A stretch of 64,000 nt of DNA from Selaginella moellendorffii (Eukaryota; Plantae; Lycopodiophyta): positions 82,282 through 146,281 of the forward strand of contig NW_003314405.1 in NCBI RefSeq assembly GCF_000143415.4, in the 5' to 3' direction. Positions 47,601 to 61,281 of the stretch are shown here, piece by piece. A program made the translations under genes and the position numbers. The notes beneath the pieces were generated by a model. That model was not told where the DNA came from. It saw only the letters and a list, made by a program, of their open reading frames with translations, and made no database searches. Within the stretch, counting starts at the first letter, position 1. Each line of letters opens with the position of its first letter.

Positions 47601-47761
47601 ATACTTACCTGGACGGGGTCTATTGGTGATCATTAAGGCCAATGGCCTAGGTTCGGCCTTCCCATTGCACATCGGCTTGGCCGGCCTACCATCTTCCCAA
47701 AGTGGAGGAGTGGACGTCGTAATTTGTGGAAGTTGAGGGCTCGCGTACGCGCGGCCCTCTC
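47601..47761 (+). ncRNA. U1: U1 spliceosomal snRNA
   Basis: Begins ATACTTACCTGGACGGGGTC; loop I GATCATTAAG; loop II ATTGCAC; Sm site AATTTGTGG; terminal hairpin GAGGGCTCGCGTACGCGCGGCCCTC. Confidence 0.96.
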
Positions 47762-47825
47762 CAAATTTTAAGCTCTTAAGCTGGCAGTAGTCTATCACAA
47801 ACGATCCAATTACAAGGTTTAAGTA

Positions 47826-50800
47826 TCAAACCTCAACACGATAGACCCTAGCAGCTTTCTCTGCGGCAGCCATTTCAGCAGCTATTCCTTCCTTGCTGGA
47901 GAAAGTGAAGGACACATCGTCGTTCTCGATGTAGCCACCAAAGTCACTCAAAAGCCTGTTCTTGGCTTCCTCTTCTGCTGGAGACTCCTCGGGGATGTGC
48001 TGATACAGGTGCCTGACTATGAAGAGCGCGGTGTCTAGATCGTGCCAGTAGTTCCTGTGAGAAGAAGCCAATGCTTATCAGCAAAGCAAGGAAGGACAAG
48101 AAATCAAAAGGAGCTTACGTGTGTGAACTAATCGCTGATATGTACTGGTGCTCGAATGTTGAATCCTGTTATCCACGCAAGAACTTTGTCAATGACGTGA
48201 TAGTAGAGAGTAAGACTTACCTGTAGCATGAAGTCGACTCTACCATTGGGACTTCCAGACAGCCTTTCCATCACCATACTACCGTAGCTTCTCTCCTCTT
48301 TAGTGGGACTCTCCTCGTCTACTGCAAGATCATTCCTAACTGCGTTAGAAGCAAACGCCAATGACACGAGAAGCATACATTTTCTATCCGAGCTTACAAA
48401 TGCACTTGCGACGCGATTCTGAAGAAACGGTCAATATTAGTGGCACTCGAAAGACGCTGTGACAGAAAACCATACCCCAACCGAAGCAATGGAGCTCACA
48501 AAAGCGCGTGAGCGAGCGCCCAGGTCTTCTCCAAATTCCTGCCAAGAACTTCCTTGAGCTCTGATAGCAAAACTTAGAAAGCACGATGATTACCTGCATC
48601 CCAATATGTAGACGCTTGCCTCCTTTGTGGTATGGAATAAACTCCGGCTTCTTGTCGACGAAATCCTTCGATATCAGAGGTTCCACTCTGTAATCACGAA
48701 GAAAGGATAGATGTAAACGCTGCTAACACAGAAGTATATTGATACCTGTAAGCGACAGGATCATACGGATGAAATATGTTCATCATTTGCCTGCATGCTG
48801 GCATTTCTTCTTCGATGCCTTCATCTTCCCAGTACTCATGACCCGTTCCTACGCAAACGCATTCAATCTACGTTGCAAAATCCGTAAATCACACACGTAC
48901 CCGATCCAAGGCGTACATTCCGGAGGCTGAGAAACAATCCCAGTGGCGATCCAACTGCGAAAAACGTGTCCACCTGCGAGAAAGAAACTTATCAACAGTA
49001 AAGAATCAAGCCACCATGGTGTACCTGAAACAAAAGTTTTGTGTATCGAATTTGAGGAGTATGGTATTTTCGAGAAGGAGCTCGCTCTCCTTGTTTCGTT
49101 CCCAATGCTGCGTTTGTTCCCAGTGACTTGAGCTGCTTTCTCAAGATCTCAACCTGCAAGCACGAGCTAAATCATATAGAAACGCCACAGGAGATCATAC
49201 CTCTGAACGTAACGCCTTGACTCTCTCCGTCTCCGTGTCACTCTCAGTCTCAGCTTCTGTAGTCGTACTAGCGTCTGATCCTTCCTTGCTGCTGTCTCTT
49301 GAATCATGATCCGAAGAGTGACTGGGTTGCTCTGACTCCGGTGGACGTTCATTCTCTGCGTCGGCATTAGTAACACTCAAGTTTATCTCTTGAATAGGAA
49401 ACATCGACGTCAGGGATTCCTGGTGGCATAGAATATCATATGAAAGAACGCTTCCAAGCGAGTGTCCATAGATCGATATCTGGCAAGTTATACAATGTAA
49501 ACCATCACGCAAAAAAAAAAAAAATCAAGACTCGCACCTTGCCATTATATCCAGGATTACGTCGCATAAACTTCTCGTATAATCTGTTTAGAGAGGAAGA
49601 CACCTGAAAGTATCCATTAGTAAGAACACCCCAAAAGATGTGAAGGAAATACTACTTACCGAATCGATAATGTCTTGGCAGTAAATCGGGCTCATATAAT
49701 ACAACACATCGTGCACAGTGGCACCGATCATTGTACGTAGCGCTCTTACACCTTCTAAGGTGCAATTTTCGACAGCTGCTTCACCTCCCAGCTTGAGATG
49801 TCTTCTCCACTGCAAAGGCACATTAAAAAAAGCTTGTGAAATTACGGTGATGGCACCTGGCATGGGATGAAAAGAACACGCTGCGAGTGTCGCTGATATT
49901 TCGTGAGATGCTTCTCGGCTAGCATCGCAGCTGTGCGTCGAAATGTACCAACATCATCAACCAAATTGGCCTTCTCCAGCCTTTGGCCTATTCCGTGGAC
50001 CATGAACACAAGGTGTTGTACAGGAACCTGTGCATTGAAGCTCAGAAAAGAACCAAAAAGAAAGAACCACTGATCACCTCAGAGCAATAATCGTCCATCT
50101 CCTCCTCTTTTTTCTGCCGAAGCTCATCCTGCCCAAAGCCGAAGACTAGAGACTCATCGCTGTTTTGCGGCTTGCGAAAAAGTGACTTACCTGGGAAAGC
50201 TGTGAGCCCGAGAGTATAAATCCTCGCCTCAGCTTGCATCCGGTGCCTTTAAGGCCAAGCACGGACGTGATTCCGGACGCATCCACGTTCAACCAGGCCT
50301 CCCAACTGTCCTCCTCACCCGTAAAAAGTGCGTGAAGCCCCTGCAACAGCGGCATCATCCAAACCTCGTAAGCCGGAAAGCACAGCGGATACCTGCGTAG
50401 CACCGTGAAAATCCAAACGAGCAGCAAACTGGCCAGAAGGCTGAAACGAGCGTCTCAGCCATATCTGAGAATCAAACATGTCAGCAACTTTCTCATCTCA
50501 GCTTGAAATGAAATAACGGACCTTACTGCGATACCCGAATTCCAACTGTTCAGCTATGTCCTCCCGCAGTGGAAGCCAGTCGAGACTCCCTCGTTGAGCA
50601 AACCAATGCCCTCGCAATACTCGGCGATGCTCGCCACCCCAGTAGACTGGGAAACATCGCCTCGAATCCAGATCAACCTGTTAGAGAGCAAGAGCTTTTG
50701 AGATTCTCGCTGGATGGTTTTCACTTACTTCGTAGAGTCCACCTTTCACAGGGACGCCGACAGCTTCCTCGTAGAAATCCGAAGAGTGTCTTTGGAAAGC

Positions 50801-51546
50801 CTCTGGATCATGCCTCTTGGATTTCGATGGACCTTCACTACACTCGGCGTATTCTTTCCACCACAAAGCCACTAGCTCCTCTTCTCTCTGGCAAAACCGG
50901 AAGAAAAACTAAGCTCAAAGAACTAGACTGAAAAAACACAATCACCTCGAGATAGCTTTCTTCCAGAGACAAGGAATCGCGGACACTAAACCGGAAAAAT
51001 TCACCCTTGCCGACGATCTCAGTCGATGGCACTGACGCAGCCGCCTCTGCATTGAAAGAGCAGTGATCAAAAAAAGAAGAGCACGAAGAGATGAAAGAAC
51101 GTACCATGAATACCAAGAGGTGTCTTGCAGAAGTACCATCTCACATCATCTCCATCGGATGGACTTGTGGTTTGAGCGACATACTTGGTGAAACAGGAAC
51201 GCTTCCTTTCCAAACCATTGAATTTCCCTCTTAGAGGAGAAGAAAGCCCCTCATCGATCTTCCCTGGCGATGGAGATGGAGGTGGAGATGGAGAGGGAGA
51301 GAGCTCCTCCACAATCTCAAACCCCGATGGAATCTTCTCCTCCCCATCATCCTCGCGAAATGGGGGCGGACGATCGGCGGAATCCACAGCTGCGCAGCTC
51401 CCAATCGCTCGCTCAGCACCATCTTCTTCACCAGCATCATCAAGCTTACAATCGATCGCTGGCACTGGCGCCGTAGCATCCTCCTCCTCGTCCGCATCAT
51501 CGATGAGTGGAGGCGGGCGATCGGCGTCTCGATCATCACTCCCCAT
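47826..51546 (-). CDS. SGR2: SGR2-like DDHD-domain PA-preferring phospholipase A1, multi-exon
   Basis: VRWYFCK, VPVKGGLYEV, HLVFMVHGIGQ, QWRRHLKL, VHDVLYYMSPIYCQ, lipase motif YGHSLGSVLSYDIL, NIFHPYDPVAY, SHRNYWHDLDTALFI. Confidence 0.93.
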
Positions 51547-52114
51547 GGAATTTTCACCTGGCTTGGAACCCTACTACTCAAATAAAATGGTATCTAGTTT
51601 CGATCAAAGTATATTCTATTTGAGGAGCAATGCGGAGCCGCGATCTTCTCCATTGCTCGAGCAGCGCGCTCGGCATCGCCATGGATCTCGCCAGCAGCCG
51701 GCAGGCATTGTCTTGATAATTCCCCGATCCCATCCCTGACTGGATCCAAGCCAATCATCCCCGGCCATGCCCTCTTCCAGCGGCCCACTGCTGGATCGAT
51801 TGCCCTCGAGCTTCATCCTGGTGAGAATCTAGCTGGCCAGACACTGGGGACAAAAGCCGCGATCACGGCGTTCCAGGAGACTAGATCCTGGCAAGGTCGA
51901 AGATCTCCCTCGCGCACCAGCTTCGGCGGTCTACTCTCCCCCACAACCATTTCAGCTCCTCGCGCGCTCGCTCCTTCTACCTAAATCTTAAACCCTACCT
52001 AGGGCCGGCAGCCGCGATGATCGAGTTCCAGGAGATCACGTCCCCTCCAATCCATCGGACAAGCGCTTGGCATCGCCCAAGCACTTCCCATACATACCAA
52101 TGATACCATACCGA

Positions 52115-52692
52115 TCACACTGTTGGCCACCAGGAGCTTTCAGGAGCTCCGATTCCAATCCCAGGTCCACGGTTCTGGCATGATCTCCTGGCCTCGATCG
52201 AGATCACCCAAGCTAGCACACGTTTTCGCTGCGAGAATGAGCATGATCTTGTCAGGCATAGGATGCTCAACATAGAACTCCAGCGCACTGTGATCATCGC
52301 ATTACAAGAGACTGGATTCTTGTTCTTGATCCAGTGAAACACGCCTCTAGCCTTGTCGATCTGATCACATTGTGCTGTACATGGTGACGAGATTGTTGGC
52401 GACGATCAGGGCACGTTTGCCAATAGTGGGCATCAATAGGCACATCTATTACGCCATGATTCTCGAGGGAGTGAGGCCGGAATTGCGTTGCCTTTCCAAG
52501 CGGGCCACAACTAAGGCGCCAAATCTGACGGCCCAGCATGATCATCTGGTAGAAGACGTTCTTGCAATGGAGCAACATCTGGACCAGGAGGTTTCCTAGG
52601 AACGTTTGCTGCTGGCAAGGATGTGAGCATGGATGTATTGAGTGATTTGGATTTCTTGCATTTGTGGAGGACTGTGGAGACATTGTTGTCAA
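52115..52692 (-). pseudogene. Decayed PLS-PPR gene relic
   Basis: FLGNLLVQM and FHWIKNKNPVSCNAMI fragments in different frames. Confidence 0.55.
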
Positions 52693-54899
52693 CCTTGAGA
52701 TCTTTGTGCCCTCAAGATGCTCAGATCAATCGATTGGGGGAGCAGCCCACTATGTTTTTGGTAGCATGGCATTCTTTCACCTTGGGTTTAGGGTGTGTTG
52801 AGTGATGTAGTTTTGGATTATAAAAAAATATTGCAGTCATTAAAAGTCATAATATGGTGATAAATGGTGATAGTGCTCGAAACTAAGAGGAAAGCCAAGC
52901 TCAGTTTAAAATTTAAGATTTAGGGTCATGAATAATGTTTGGTGAAATGTGTATATACATTCCTCAATGTCTTATAGGGATTAATACAAAAATTGAGTAT
53001 GCCACCCTGAACTCATGTTATCTAGTGAAACTCTCTTTCATCCAAAGTGACATTAAATCTAAAGTAGAAGTGGCTACAGTCATTGTCATTATACCATATC
53101 TAGGTCTAAGTCCCCCTTTCATGTGGACCGCAAGATCAATTTTGGGGGGCATTATCTCCACCGAACTTCTTTCTAGTCACCATCATTGAAATATGGTACC
53201 CATGTTTTCTGCCACTCCTCCAGCCACTCTAGCTTCCCCCTATCTTGGAGGATAGCATCGTAGAGCCATACCATTGCTAGTATAAGTCTCCACCACTCCA
53301 CTATCACTTGTGATACCCTGACTATATCCCATCAAAATGAACTTGATTATGTGCTTCCCACAAGGCCTAGACCCTCATTACATGCCATACCACCCATTGA
53401 GCATGGCCAAGAGCTTCCCATACAAGAATTCCTCTGCCTCAACCATGTCTTAGTAGACCTGGATCCCCTAGCCATATTGTCCTCTACACCTGATGTGTTG
53501 TATGGCTAGGCCCTGGGTAGGACCCCTCACTCCCTCAAACCAATGGAGAATGTCCCACTATGGGCCTCAAACTCTTGTATAACTCCCAACTCTTTCATTG
53601 CCTTGATGATCTATTGCCGTACTTCCTTTGCAATATCACACTCCCACAATGCATGTATGACCATCTCAATCTCACCACACTCTTTGCATATGTGACTCAC
53701 ATAATCTTGAAAGCACTATTCGACCAAAAGACCATTGTTGGCTATCAGCCATAAGATGACTGTCACTTTCTCCTAAATAGGCAATTTCTAGAAGTGAATC
53801 ATATTGTCCACCATCTACCTTGCATCAACTCCTTGTGCTATCCATTTTTGCCATAACCTCAAAATCTCCTCCCATGCATGAACAATGTTTGGTGGCCATG
53901 GTTGGATCTTTGTGGGTTAAAAGTCACCCTGTACAAGTTTAGGAGCCACTACTTCTTCATGGAAACATAGGTGGAAGTTGTGATCACAAAAATAAAATAA
54001 AGAACTTCTGGCCCAATTAATACAAATGTTATCACAAGAAAGAAATGTAAAACACCTTTCAAAAAAGGCCATCAAATCTCTTAACAAAGAATATAGAATT
54101 GGATGAAATAAAATGTAAAAGAAACTTGAATAGCTTGACAACACTTTTATCAAAAGAAATTTCAAGAAAAACTCAAATAAAGTCACTCATAAGTTCATAA
54201 AGTGTGACAACCATATACTCTAGTAGAAAAATACATAGATCTTATGGTGTAGAATGCATAATATTTTGATACATAATGCATTATAAAGATCTTAATAATT
54301 CCTTTGTTAAAATGAAACTAAAGATTCATTTCGACTACTTATAACCAAATGTGTATAAGACCACTCTTAAATTTCTCTCAAGATAAGCACAAAAAAAAAA
54401 TTGATGAAAATTTCTCAATCCCTAGCTGAATAACACATATAAGGAGTAAGAAAGAAACTTATGAATAGATCTATTTATTGAGTGTAAGAAAAATCAAAAT
54501 GATGGAGTAATTAGTGTGTGATAAATATCCAAAGTTAATACTAGTGTGTTATGAGGGTAAAATTAATTGCATGTGGTGTCTAGTGAGATAAATTAAGAAA
54601 GTTTTTATCTTAGATGATAGTTCTCATTTACATCTACAAAACTCTCATGAATTAATTATGGATGAAAAAAAATCAGTGCAAATACTCTAACAAAAGATAA
54701 ATCATGCTTTATTTTGTTAAAGTACCTACTTAGCAAAATAGTTAATTAGTATTTAATTCAGTTTATTTATTTATATTATAATACACAATCATATAAAACA
54801 TTTTATTTTGTATTTTTAACCTAACCCTCCATGTGTCCAAGGGCATTAGAGATTCAAAGTTTCAAGGACTTGGGCTACTGAATAAATGGATAGAGTTAA

Positions 54900-55310
54900 A
54901 TTTCTAAGTGTAAACAATTAATTTTTTCATTCTACTTTAGTCACTTAACTACACCTTTAACCACTCACAACCTCTATAAGTTCTACTCCCAACTTGGGGA
55001 CATGTTAGCCTCGTGAATAACATTTATGCCACTCAGCTTTTGCATTTGGTCTAAGTGCTCCACATGTCCAATCTCATGACAGACACCTCAAAGGCACCAC
55101 TGACATATCAACCTATTATGCTAAGTCCATGACTCAGACTTGGACTTGAACTTGGTCTTGAATTCAGACTCAGATTTAGTCTTAGTCTTGGTCTCGGTCT
55201 TGACCTTGATCTTGGACCCAATTTCAGTCTCTAGCTTAGACTCAACTTTGGGCTCCATTTCAAACTTGGTCTCCATCTTGGACTTGACCTTGGGCTCCAT
55301 CTCGGACTTT
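54900..55310 (-). mobile_element. Old, deleted LTR fragment of the same family as 57239 and 61282, in opposite orientation
   Basis: About 54905-55115 is the reverse complement of the LTR 3' part (~62620-62840); an eroded hexamer array lies at 55125-55310. Confidence 0.8.
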
Positions 55311-56269
55311 GGCAATGCAGATGCTAGGCTTGGCTATAAAGAAGCTTTGTGACCATGAAAAAAAATGAAGAAAAAAGAATGTGGTGGTCACTTTGATTGA
55401 GAGTGGATCTTTACTACTCCAGTGCTTCCATGATGCAAAGCAAGCTGTTGGTGGCGAGTTGTAGCTGATTGCTACTGCTGCCACTACTAACACTGGTAGT
55501 TGCTGCTAATTAGGAAAGAATGTGAACAAGTTGCTCCTCCAGTGGTGCAGCATCTAGCACACACATGAATCAAGTCACATTTAAAGTGGCCGCTAGCAAA
55601 ATAGACCTAAAATCTGGGAGAGAAGAGGAGAGATTTTCACAAACCAAATCACATTCTGTTGCTTTGGCAAGTGGCCGATCTTTAGCTAACTTCCAGCACT
55701 GTTGCTTTTGCCTTCCAACAAGCTCTACGAAATGCCTTCACCCTAAACTAGACTTATCTCCCACCGCTAGATGACTGGAATAAGATAATAGTAAATAGTT
55801 AACGGTATTTGTTATGATTTTTTGCTATCAACAACTTTAGATTTTTAAAGGTTATCTTTTTACAACAAATGAGCCTCACAAATTACTTTTCGAACATAGC
55901 TCAAAATGCTCAAATATGTGTAAGTTTTTTTAAGCTTTTCTTTGAAGAACTTACTATGAATCTTGTTGTAAGCTTTCATGCTTTATAGAAGCGCCTTTTA
56001 GGTGGAAAAATCCAAGCTAGGACAAAGCCTTAAAATGTCTTGACTCATTTAAGTTATATTTGCTCTTTTGCGTTCTGTGTTTTCCTGCATTTAGCAATTA
56101 GTTTTTAGCTTTTGATTGGTTTAAAGATTACTTAGTCGTTTGCTTTGTCACCCATAGCTTTATCCTCCATTTTTAACTGTGAGTTTTTATCCTTCTCCTC
56201 TTGCTCACATGCAACAGCAACTTTTTGCTCCTCCCTTGTCATTCCTTTTGACATTTTTTTCGTTAGCGT

Positions 56270-56712
56270 GTTTGAAGACGAGTAACTAATTTAATATAAT
56301 ATTGTACCTTTTCTTTATCCTCTGTATTTTTATCTTATTGCATGCAAGCTCTTTCTTCCTGTTCTTGGTCTTCTCTTTCCACCAAAGTTTCTTTTTATTT
56401 TTTTTCATACTTATGTTGCACAATACAAAAAGCTAAAAACAAGAACTAGTTTAGATAATAATAAAATTACATTGTCTTGCTTCTCCTCCTCATCCTTCCT
56501 TATTCCATCATCTTTCTGGACATCTTTCTGCAAATAGTGGTTAGTCTTTAGCTTGTTCGAAGATGAGTAACTATTTTAATATAAAACTATACTTTTTCTT
56601 TGTTCTTCGCATTTTTATTCTGCTACAGATGAGCTCTTTTTTGTTATTTTTGGTCTTCTCCCTCCACCAAAATTTCTCTTTCTTTTTCTTCATGCTCATG
56701 CTACATAATACA
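56270..56712. repeat. Diverged ~155-bp direct repeat pair
   Basis: gaaga.gagtaacta.tttaatataa...ttggtcttctc..tccaccaaa.tttct at about 56273-56427 and about 56558-56711. Confidence 0.7.
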
Positions 56713-57238
56713 TTTATCAACTTAGTTTTTCCATGCTACACCAAGTTTTTGTTAGCATTATAGGTATTAAGAACTAGTGCTAATACCTATTCTACACTTT
56801 AATCACCTTCTTTTGCTTATTGACAGAACTTGCAATGGCTTTTAGAATTTCATATCATATCTAGTGTCTAAGTATGATTTTCTTAGAGAAAAGCTACAAA
56901 AAAACCTAAATTCAAAGACTAATTAAAAAAAACTCAATATACCAATTTCTCTACAAACTCCATTGTAAGATTGTCAGAAGATTTTGTTATGAATGTCTTC
57001 ATAGTGCATCATGTAGACACCACAATCCACAACATTACTTTATAACAGGATTTGGAAAATCAAACAAATTCAACTAATAAATTAAAGACCAATATAAAGT
57101 ATACCTTTAGTTTCTTTACACTAACTTTGATCATGGGATTTCCACCATTGTAATACGTCCATTCATTTTCCAAGTACTTTGTGAAAATCTTGAAGGTTTC
57201 GCTACTATTATGTCTAATGTGATGCATAGAATTTAGTA

Positions 57239-57734
57239 TGACACACAAATCCCTAAGCCCCAAAGTGGAGCAAAAAAGGTGCCACATGGTAGTGGTCAAA
57301 GTGGAAGTCTAACAAGTGTAATGTGTTTAGACCAAAAGCTCTGACTTGGAAAGTCGAGAGTAGTGAAACTCCGAACAAAATGCTAGAGGAATGAGCATGA
57401 AGCAATCATTGAATGAGTCTTTAAACATGAACACAAGAAGGATAGACACATGGCAAGGGTTGTAACACATAGAAGTGTTAGGAACGAGTCTAAAATGGAC
57501 CCAAGATGGAGTCCATGATAGACCTAAGATGGAGTCGAAAATAGAGTCCAAGATAGAGACCGAGATGGACCTGAGATAGAGTCTGAGAAGGACCCAAGAT
57601 GGAGTCTGAGAAGGACTTGAGATAGAGTCCAAGGTCAAGTTCGAGATGGACATGAGATGGAGTCTGAGGTCAAGACCGAGACTAAGACCGAGACCAAGAT
57701 TGAGTCCGAGACAGAGACTGAGATTGAGTCCGAA

Positions 57735-57765
<31 letters not shown>

Positions 57766-60700
57766 ACGAGAACGAGACTAAGTCCAAGTCCGAGTTTGAG
57801 TCCAAGACCGAGGGTGAAAGCCCAAAGCATTCGTCTCCCAGACCCTACAGGGTTTGGTGAGCTCCAAAAGCATAGTAGGGAGGAGGACTTTAGTGGAGCC
57901 AGTTTGGCCTGGAAAGACCAGTATAACCAAGGAAGGTTATACCCATGTGTTGGGTGATGATATATCCACTGAGTCCAAAGCTAGAGTGAATACGGATAAA
58001 CAAGCGGGGTAGCTTGGTGAAGTGTTCAAGAGCTGATTTTAGCTCCCTTGTTAAATTGAATGGTCGATGCTCTTAATCTAAGTGTGGATGGCACTGCCTA
58101 CTTGAATACCTTGTGTAGCTCATCGAAACCTCACTCTAGCCACATGGCTAGAGCACCTAAGAGTCGAAGGTGGGAAAAGTACTCACGAGGCTCGTGTAGG
58201 GCCACGGTGTTTCAAAATGTTGTCCCAAAGTCCTGGATTATGGAAAGGAAAAAAAGTAATCCTCTGTATAGTGACCAAGAATATGGTCATATGGTAAGGA
58301 AGTCCCAGAGGTCAATGGGACTTAATGGTTAAGCTTTTGGGCTTTGACCCAGTGGCAGTATTGGCGAACACAGCTGTGGATGGAGAGGGACTTAATGGGA
58401 ATGGAAGATGGGACATTGGGGAAGGGTGTCCCCAATGTTTTTGGGCATCCTAAGGGTGCTAAAGTGTGGTCAAGGGATGACCACTCACAGATAAATGGCT
58501 TAGTCTTTGAAAGATAGAACTGTGATGCAGTTGGTTTTGGACTACCGATGTGACAAGGGTAAATGGGCATGGATTTAGCCTAACGAGCTGATATGTCGAT
58601 AGTACCTTTGGGTGTTGGTAAGGGGATCGAACACATGGAGCAATTAAACTAAATGCAAAGACTGAATGGCATATATGCCATTCACGGGGCTAGCAAGTCC
58701 TTAAATCTAGAATAGAACTTATGGAGGTTGTGAGTGAAACTCCTCCAAGTAGTTGAATGTGTAGTTAAATGACTAAACTAAAATGGAAAATTTAGTCGTT
58801 TCCAACTTGGTGTTGGAGCTATTCCTTAGTCCAACCCTTATTGGTGGGTAAGTATTGGCATTGGAAGGTCCCAGAACTGGGCTTATCCTCAAGGAGTAGC
58901 ATGTCGAAAGGGCATAAGTCTCCACTTTAGTTCATATGTGAACATGTTAGCAATGTGGTGGATAAAAAAGGGTTATTAAGGGAACAAATTTAAGATATTA
59001 GGAACAGTATAAGGTTTTCTTTAGAAAGTTAAGGATGTGATCCAGATGAGTGTTTGACTTAACAAACTGGCTAATATGGTTGTGGTAAACAACTATAGTT
59101 GGGATCATAGGAAGAATGAAGATTCCAAAATAATAAAGCAGTCATAGGATTATCCTCATATAGTTGAGGATGGTGCTTATGAATTTGAAACTATAATTAA
59201 TGACTGTGGGAGGTTAAATACAGAAGAGGACACATGTCCTTGAAATGGTAACCGGGCCTACCTTTAATAAATGCTAGAACAACCCAAGGAGTTAAGGGTG
59301 TACTTAGAGGATGAGTCAGTATTCTTATCATATGGACAGATAGTCTTAAGGGGTAAAGATGGCTTATGCTAAATGAAGAATAATCAAGTGTCAAAATAAC
59401 ACTTGCAAAGATGGTCTTTGTGAGTAGGACATGAATACAAAAAATGATATTCTATCAAGTTGGCACCTCAAAAGTAGCCCTAAGGCTAGGACATTATAAG
59501 TTGTTGAATTAATAAAGTCTAAAAAGCTAGATAACTCAAGTGTGTCAAAGAATAGTTTTAAAGGATTGGTGAAAACATCTGGACTAAGGTGTGTTATACC
59601 CTAAGAAGGATGAGGAAGATCATAAGATCCCAATATGAGAACAATGGGTATCTCATTAGTGGCAAAACATGTTATACTAAAATCGTGAAAAGGTGTTTAT
59701 GAAAAAAAAGCAACTTTAGTGAGGAGTTGTATCTAAATACTATATTCAATTGCTAATTGATAGTTGGTAGAAGAAACAACAACTATTATATTAGCAAAGA
59801 CCTAGACACAAGTGGGAAGTGTCATAAGGCTAAGCATGTAGAGCCGATGGTGTGAAGACACCAAATATGCCAAGGTGTGTGCCTTGAGGTTAAGTTAGTT
59901 GATTCATAAGAACCCCTTGCCAATGGAAATGGAATTGGCATGGCTTAAGTTGGAAGGCATACAATTTAAGTGCAGTGACCCAAATAATGATGAAGGTGTG
60001 GAAACACTAGCAATGAGTTGTTAAACTTGACAACTATAAAACAACTAAACAAAACGTGCAACATAATTAATTGGATTGGTAGAAATTAACTTCCCAAGAC
60101 CTTTTATTAGGATAAGAAAGTTAGATATATCCCTTAAGGTGATAAATTATTTATGTTGCAATATAGTGAGTGAATGTTATAAAGGAAAATGCTCATTGTC
60201 AAAAAAAGCCATCATTAGGATACATAAACACTCTAAAACACCAGGAAATAGTGTTTGGTATTATGAAGGCATTAAATAAGGCCCAAGGGTCTAAGTCCCT
60301 AACAAATATTAGATAGGAGGTGTTATTTAACATCCAAAATTATGAAGACAGAAGAAGTCCATCTATCTAAATTAGACAAAGCCAAAAAGGATTTTGGCAA
60401 GGTTAATGACGAACATATAAATGCCTATAAGTAGTAATGTTAATTTTCATATGTAACATTACAAGGTGAGTATATCCAGATTGAGGAACCACTCCCTACG
60501 CTATTGGGTAGGTTCATCCCTAAGAATACTTGCTAAAGCATGGTAGAAAGTGTAAAGTCTAGAGGAGAATAATCGAAGGACACTTGTGAGGCCAAAAGCA
60601 AGTAGTAAAAGGATAGAATTGAACTATAGTAATTGAAGGGCATAATCGAAAATGGTTATGCAAGTTGGGAGTGGAGAATCAAGTGGGTGTTCAAAAATGT

Positions 60701-61200
60701 TGCTATTAGCAATTGTGATGCCATAAAAAGTTTAAAGTATGGGATTGTCTATGTTAGACCATATGGCAATTAAAAAGTTTATAAAAGGAAAGGCTTTAGC
60801 AAGCTAAGGGATAAAATCCCTTAAATATTCCTAAAGATAAGTCTAGATAGGTTGATATCTAGAAAAACAAATGTAAATGGTTTATAGGATTGCACAAAAT
60901 CAGAGTGGTGCAATAGAAGTGTGGTCTTGAAACTTGCCATGAAGCGAGGGTATCAAGGTTAGGGAATTAGTTCCTGAGTGTTCAAAGATATAGTTTTGAA
61001 TGAAAGTCAATGATTAAGAACTTTCACACTTATGCATGAAATTATGTTACGTTGGTCGGGTGACTTGCTAAACAAGATTGGCAAGTCGGGGGAATAAAAA
61101 CCCTAGTTAAAGGTGTTGACTTCAAAAGGGGTAGCCTATAGGGCCTATAGGGCCAAATATGGAAGAAGAACTAAGTTCTTAATCTATGATTCATAGTGCA
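57239..61200 (+). mobile_element. Older LTR retrotransposon copy A (LTR ~57239-58804, decayed PBS, non-coding internal region)
   Basis: Colinear with copy B through the LTR and to about 59960; PBS TGGTGTTGGAGC at 58808. The 3' boundary is uncertain. Confidence 0.8.
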
Positions 61201-61281
61201 CTTTGGGTATAAGTTGGTGCATCAACGTGGGGAATCATATTAAGCATCCTAGATGATGCCATCTGTAAATGCATATATATG

